Position numbers and translations under genes: made by a program. The notes under the pieces are model-generated. The model was not told the DNA's origin. It ran no database searches and was given only the letters and a program-made list of their open reading frames with translations. Shown here one piece after another: positions 60,625-64,000 of a stretch of 64,000 nt of DNA (positions are counted from its first letter, which is position 1; each line of letters opens with the position of its first letter). The DNA is from Trichoplax sp. H2 (taxonomy: Eukaryota). The stretch spans positions 1-64,000 of the forward strand of contig NOWV01000107.1 of the NCBI GenBank assembly GCA_003344405.1, read 5' to 3'.

Positions 60625-61240
60625 ACTGTACAGTATGTCGATTTTTAACTAAATTCTAAGATAAGAAATAACTAGTACAGTATATCTACTGCACGACTAT
60701 GGGCTATGCTAAAGCACTTGATGGCTGTGCATCATGTCAGCTAAGCTATATTATTACACTGTTTAATTGTAACAAATTTATTGATTACTGTCTATGACAA
60801 GAAAATACTGTTAGTGAATAGGAAGATGGTCAACGAGCTTGAAGTCAATGCGAGCATACTGACTGCTCCAAACAAATGATACAGTACCTGTGAAGATTCA
60901 ATGCAATTGGATTTAATTTCGGTGTCAATAATATGGATTGGGTAAACATACACACCTTGTCAAATAGATTTTTTTATGTTGGCATGAGACAAAATTGAAG
61001 ATGAAGAGACATCAATTAGACTTGCCACGATAGCTGAGAAGCAAAATCAGGCAATAACTGCAGGCAACCTGCAAACCTGCTGCAGCTCTACAGTACTGTA
61101 GGCTAATGCACGCCAGGAAAATACTGTAGCATGAAGGAAAGACTACCAGTACATACAATACATTGTACTGTAACACACACAGTACGATACACTGTAGGAG
61201 ACCCTTTCGTCTGGGCACTTTTACTGTACTAAGTACTGTA
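60625..61240. repeat. Dispersed CAGTA/TACTG units between MRPL11 and the SLIRP-like gene
   Basis: Examples: TTACTGTACAGTA (~60623), TACAGTACTGTA (~61089), TACTGTACTAAGTACTGTA (~61221). Looser than the other clusters. Confidence 0.6.
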
Positions 61241-61673
61241 GCTGCTGGACACTCTTAGGGTATCGTATTATGCAAAATAGATAGTCATCATTTAACCGTC
61301 TCTTCTTCAACAAGTGTATAGGAAAACATGATAGAAAAGAGTTCTAGTTTTGAACGAGGGGTGACACACTGACTGCTTGTTGTAAAACACGAATAGACAG
61401 TATGAAAGTGCACCTTGGATAACTACCTACAGTATCAGGAGTTATTTGACATTGAATACTACATTGCCGACATGGGTACACTTACAGTACATTAAGTACA
61501 GTACCAGCCATGATTTCAAAGAGAACCATGTGGATCGTTTCATTTGACACTACAGTATACTGACGGCAGTAATAATCCATACTGAAATAACATTGAACAT
61601 TTAACATTATATAACTCTCGCTAAAAAGGAAAATCTTTTTTCTTTTCCCTATTCCAACTTTGAAAGCATAGCC

Positions 61674-63011
61674 ATGTTTGCCTCCTATGTTGATAAAGCA
61701 CGATCTCTATTTGTTGCCCGTTTGCCATGGTTTACATCTCCAGGTATACATAAACAGCGATTGATTCTACAAGTGGTAATAGCGCTCAATGTGTGTAATA
61801 AATCAGGCGCACTTTAGGCTGCAGTGTGCAGTGATATGCCATGTGCAATTGTGCATTGGTGGTCTGTCTGACAATTATCCTGCTGCAACATGCATACCAT
61901 ATCATTACAATATCAAAGTACTGTATAGATGTTATAGATCAATGTCAAGTACAGGATATAATCATAGAACGTAGAATATATTGGATATATCAAGTCTTCA
62001 TCATCGATACTGTCTAGTGAGATTGAACTTCATGTATAGCTGCATTGGTCATTAGCATTCGAAAGTACAACAGCTTTAGCAGTCTTTTACCTACTAAAGT
62101 TGTTTGTTACCAACATCGACATGTTCAGTTAGAGTACAAGTGTATTAGCAGGCTTCTAGACCTGGTAGTATTGTTGGGAATATCAAATTGGTGAACAGTT
62201 TTAATCCTTATATAGTAAAGCTTGCGAACGATCTTAGCTGTATAAACTTTCTAACCAATCCCTTTTCATCATTACAATGATATGATTAGAAATCCTTAGG
62301 CAATATTTTAGCAAATACGGCATTATTACCCGGGCATCAATTGTATACGTAAGTATGGATTGGTTTAAATAACATACATAGGGCTTATTATTCTATGTAG
62401 TGTACATAAAATTAAAGGCTCTTGCAATAACTTTAGATACTTTTAAAAGTATCTACAAATATGCTTATACCATAATTTAATTCTGTATTAAATACCTTGC
62501 ATACCTAGTATCCATCGTACTGTAATATCTTGCATTCTATACCTCGTATAGAATACGATATAATGCACGCGTACTTTCAAGATATGCGATTTGCGAGTGA
62601 GACTACTGTTTAACAATCTCGCTGTAGTAAATACAGCGTATTCTCTCATGTCGGAATCGTTCATTGTGCTACCTTATCGTATGCTAATACGTATTTTCAA
62701 TCATATACCATAGGATAGAGATACTGGAAGATCGAGACGTTACGGATTTGTTGAATTTCGTTCAAGATCATCCGTACAGCAAGCGCTAACGGAGCAACCC
62801 CATGTGATTGACGGAACAGAGGTAATTATGATGTTATTATGACAGTTAATTGTACGGCATACATTCATTTAAACTTATCGTAATAAATGTGTAATATAGA
62901 TACCTAATAACACAGTATATGTTGATTTAGGCACTCGTAAAGGAAGTTTTGACACAGCCCCCGGAGCCAGCGCAGAAATCTGGTCTTGCTGATGAAGAGA
63001 AACAAATTTAA
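61674..63011 (+). CDS. SLIRP: Single-RRM protein, SLIRP-like, 105 aa; exons 61674-61743, 62290-62348, 62714-62821, 62931-63011
   Basis: Spliced frame: MFASYVDKARSLFVARLPWFTSPEILRQYFSKYGIITRASIVYDRDTGRSRRYGFVEFRSRSSVQQALTEQPHVIDGTEALVKE...*. RNP2 followed by PW, RNP1 and HVIDG, as in SLIRP; all exon phases are compatible. Confidence 0.8.
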
Positions 63012-64000
63012 TTTATGTGCTTTTTGGGGAATATGTGAATGCTTCTATAGCCTATATTTATACAGTTATGTTTAAAAACTATCTATTTAAACTTAACATG
63101 GCTTAGCATTCACCTTACAATATACGACGTTTCGTATAATTGAAATAATGTAATATACAGTATTTCCACTCACGCGTTCTATGACTAGTTGCAAAATTGT
63201 ATATGGAAGCTACATGAAAATCAAAGAGTAACAAAAAATTTGTATTAAACAACTATGGCTTTTAATGTGCTAGCATCTGAAATTAGTTTTTACGCGTGTT
63301 TAAATTTTACGATTTATACTTTATGCAATGATATTAAAAGAATTAATATTATTTCGCATGCATATGCCATAATAAATCCTAAATTGCAGATACCGTTAGT
63401 GATTACATAGCACAGCGTATAAGATCTAAAGGTATTCGGAAACGAAATAGGACCACAATACTGTACAGATCGATTATCGTTGCAATGTATTTTCTCCACT
63501 ACAGTATAATCAGTAAAAGTATAGTAATTACACTCCGTATTAATTTTTGAGCTAAAAATTGATGTTCGTTACGTTCTTTGTAAACACTGCTACATCATCG
63601 AATTTAATATGGACTAATTACAGTACAGTATACGAGTATGTTCGATTGCAACACTGTCTATCAAAAGGAAATCATTTAACAAAGCGTCTAGCTTATTTTT
63701 GATTCCATACTGGTGCATCTTCTAGCCTCAGGCCTAGCATAAAGTATTCAATTCGTAGTAACATCGTGGTTGTATTTACAGTACCGTGTAGATATCACAT
63801 AAGAATTTTTCAGAATAACGTATGAAAATTATTCACTATCTGCAATATCTAGCGAACCTATAATTAACACAGACATTATCCAAGCCTATTATAACTTCAT
63901 ACCAGTCTTAAATAAATTGGTAGTGTTACATTTTAATTGGTGTATTCTCGTAAGCATTAATCAATCAAGTAATTACTGTATACTACATCAAGTCTACATG

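Overview
AT-rich, intron-dense animal genomic DNA. The 18S rDNA, compact introns and composition suggest an early-branching metazoan, possibly a placozoan (Trichoplax-like); this is an impression, not confirmed by a search. The window starts inside an rDNA unit on the minus strand (ITS2, 5.8S, ITS1, complete 18S), only ~1.7 kb downstream of CCT4. Nine protein-coding genes follow, reconstructed by hand: CCT4(-), ARMT1(+), XPO1(-), an intronless INSM-type zinc-finger gene(-) with a ~13 kb gene-free upstream region, TRMT5(-), kinesin light chain(-), RRP36(+), MRPL11(-) and a SLIRP-like RRM gene(+). Three pairs are head-to-head. Main points of interest: (1) CAGTA/TACTG pentamer clusters at housekeeping promoters; (2) a ~140 bp imperfect hairpin inside the largest cluster; (3) an apparent rDNA/single-copy junction; (4) a two-finger INSM with a diverged SNAG motif; (5) a predicted spliced XPO1 leader with a uORF; (6) gene neighbourhoods shared with human paralogous regions. 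No CRISPR, tRNA or autonomous transposon was seen. Exon boundaries are manual predictions.
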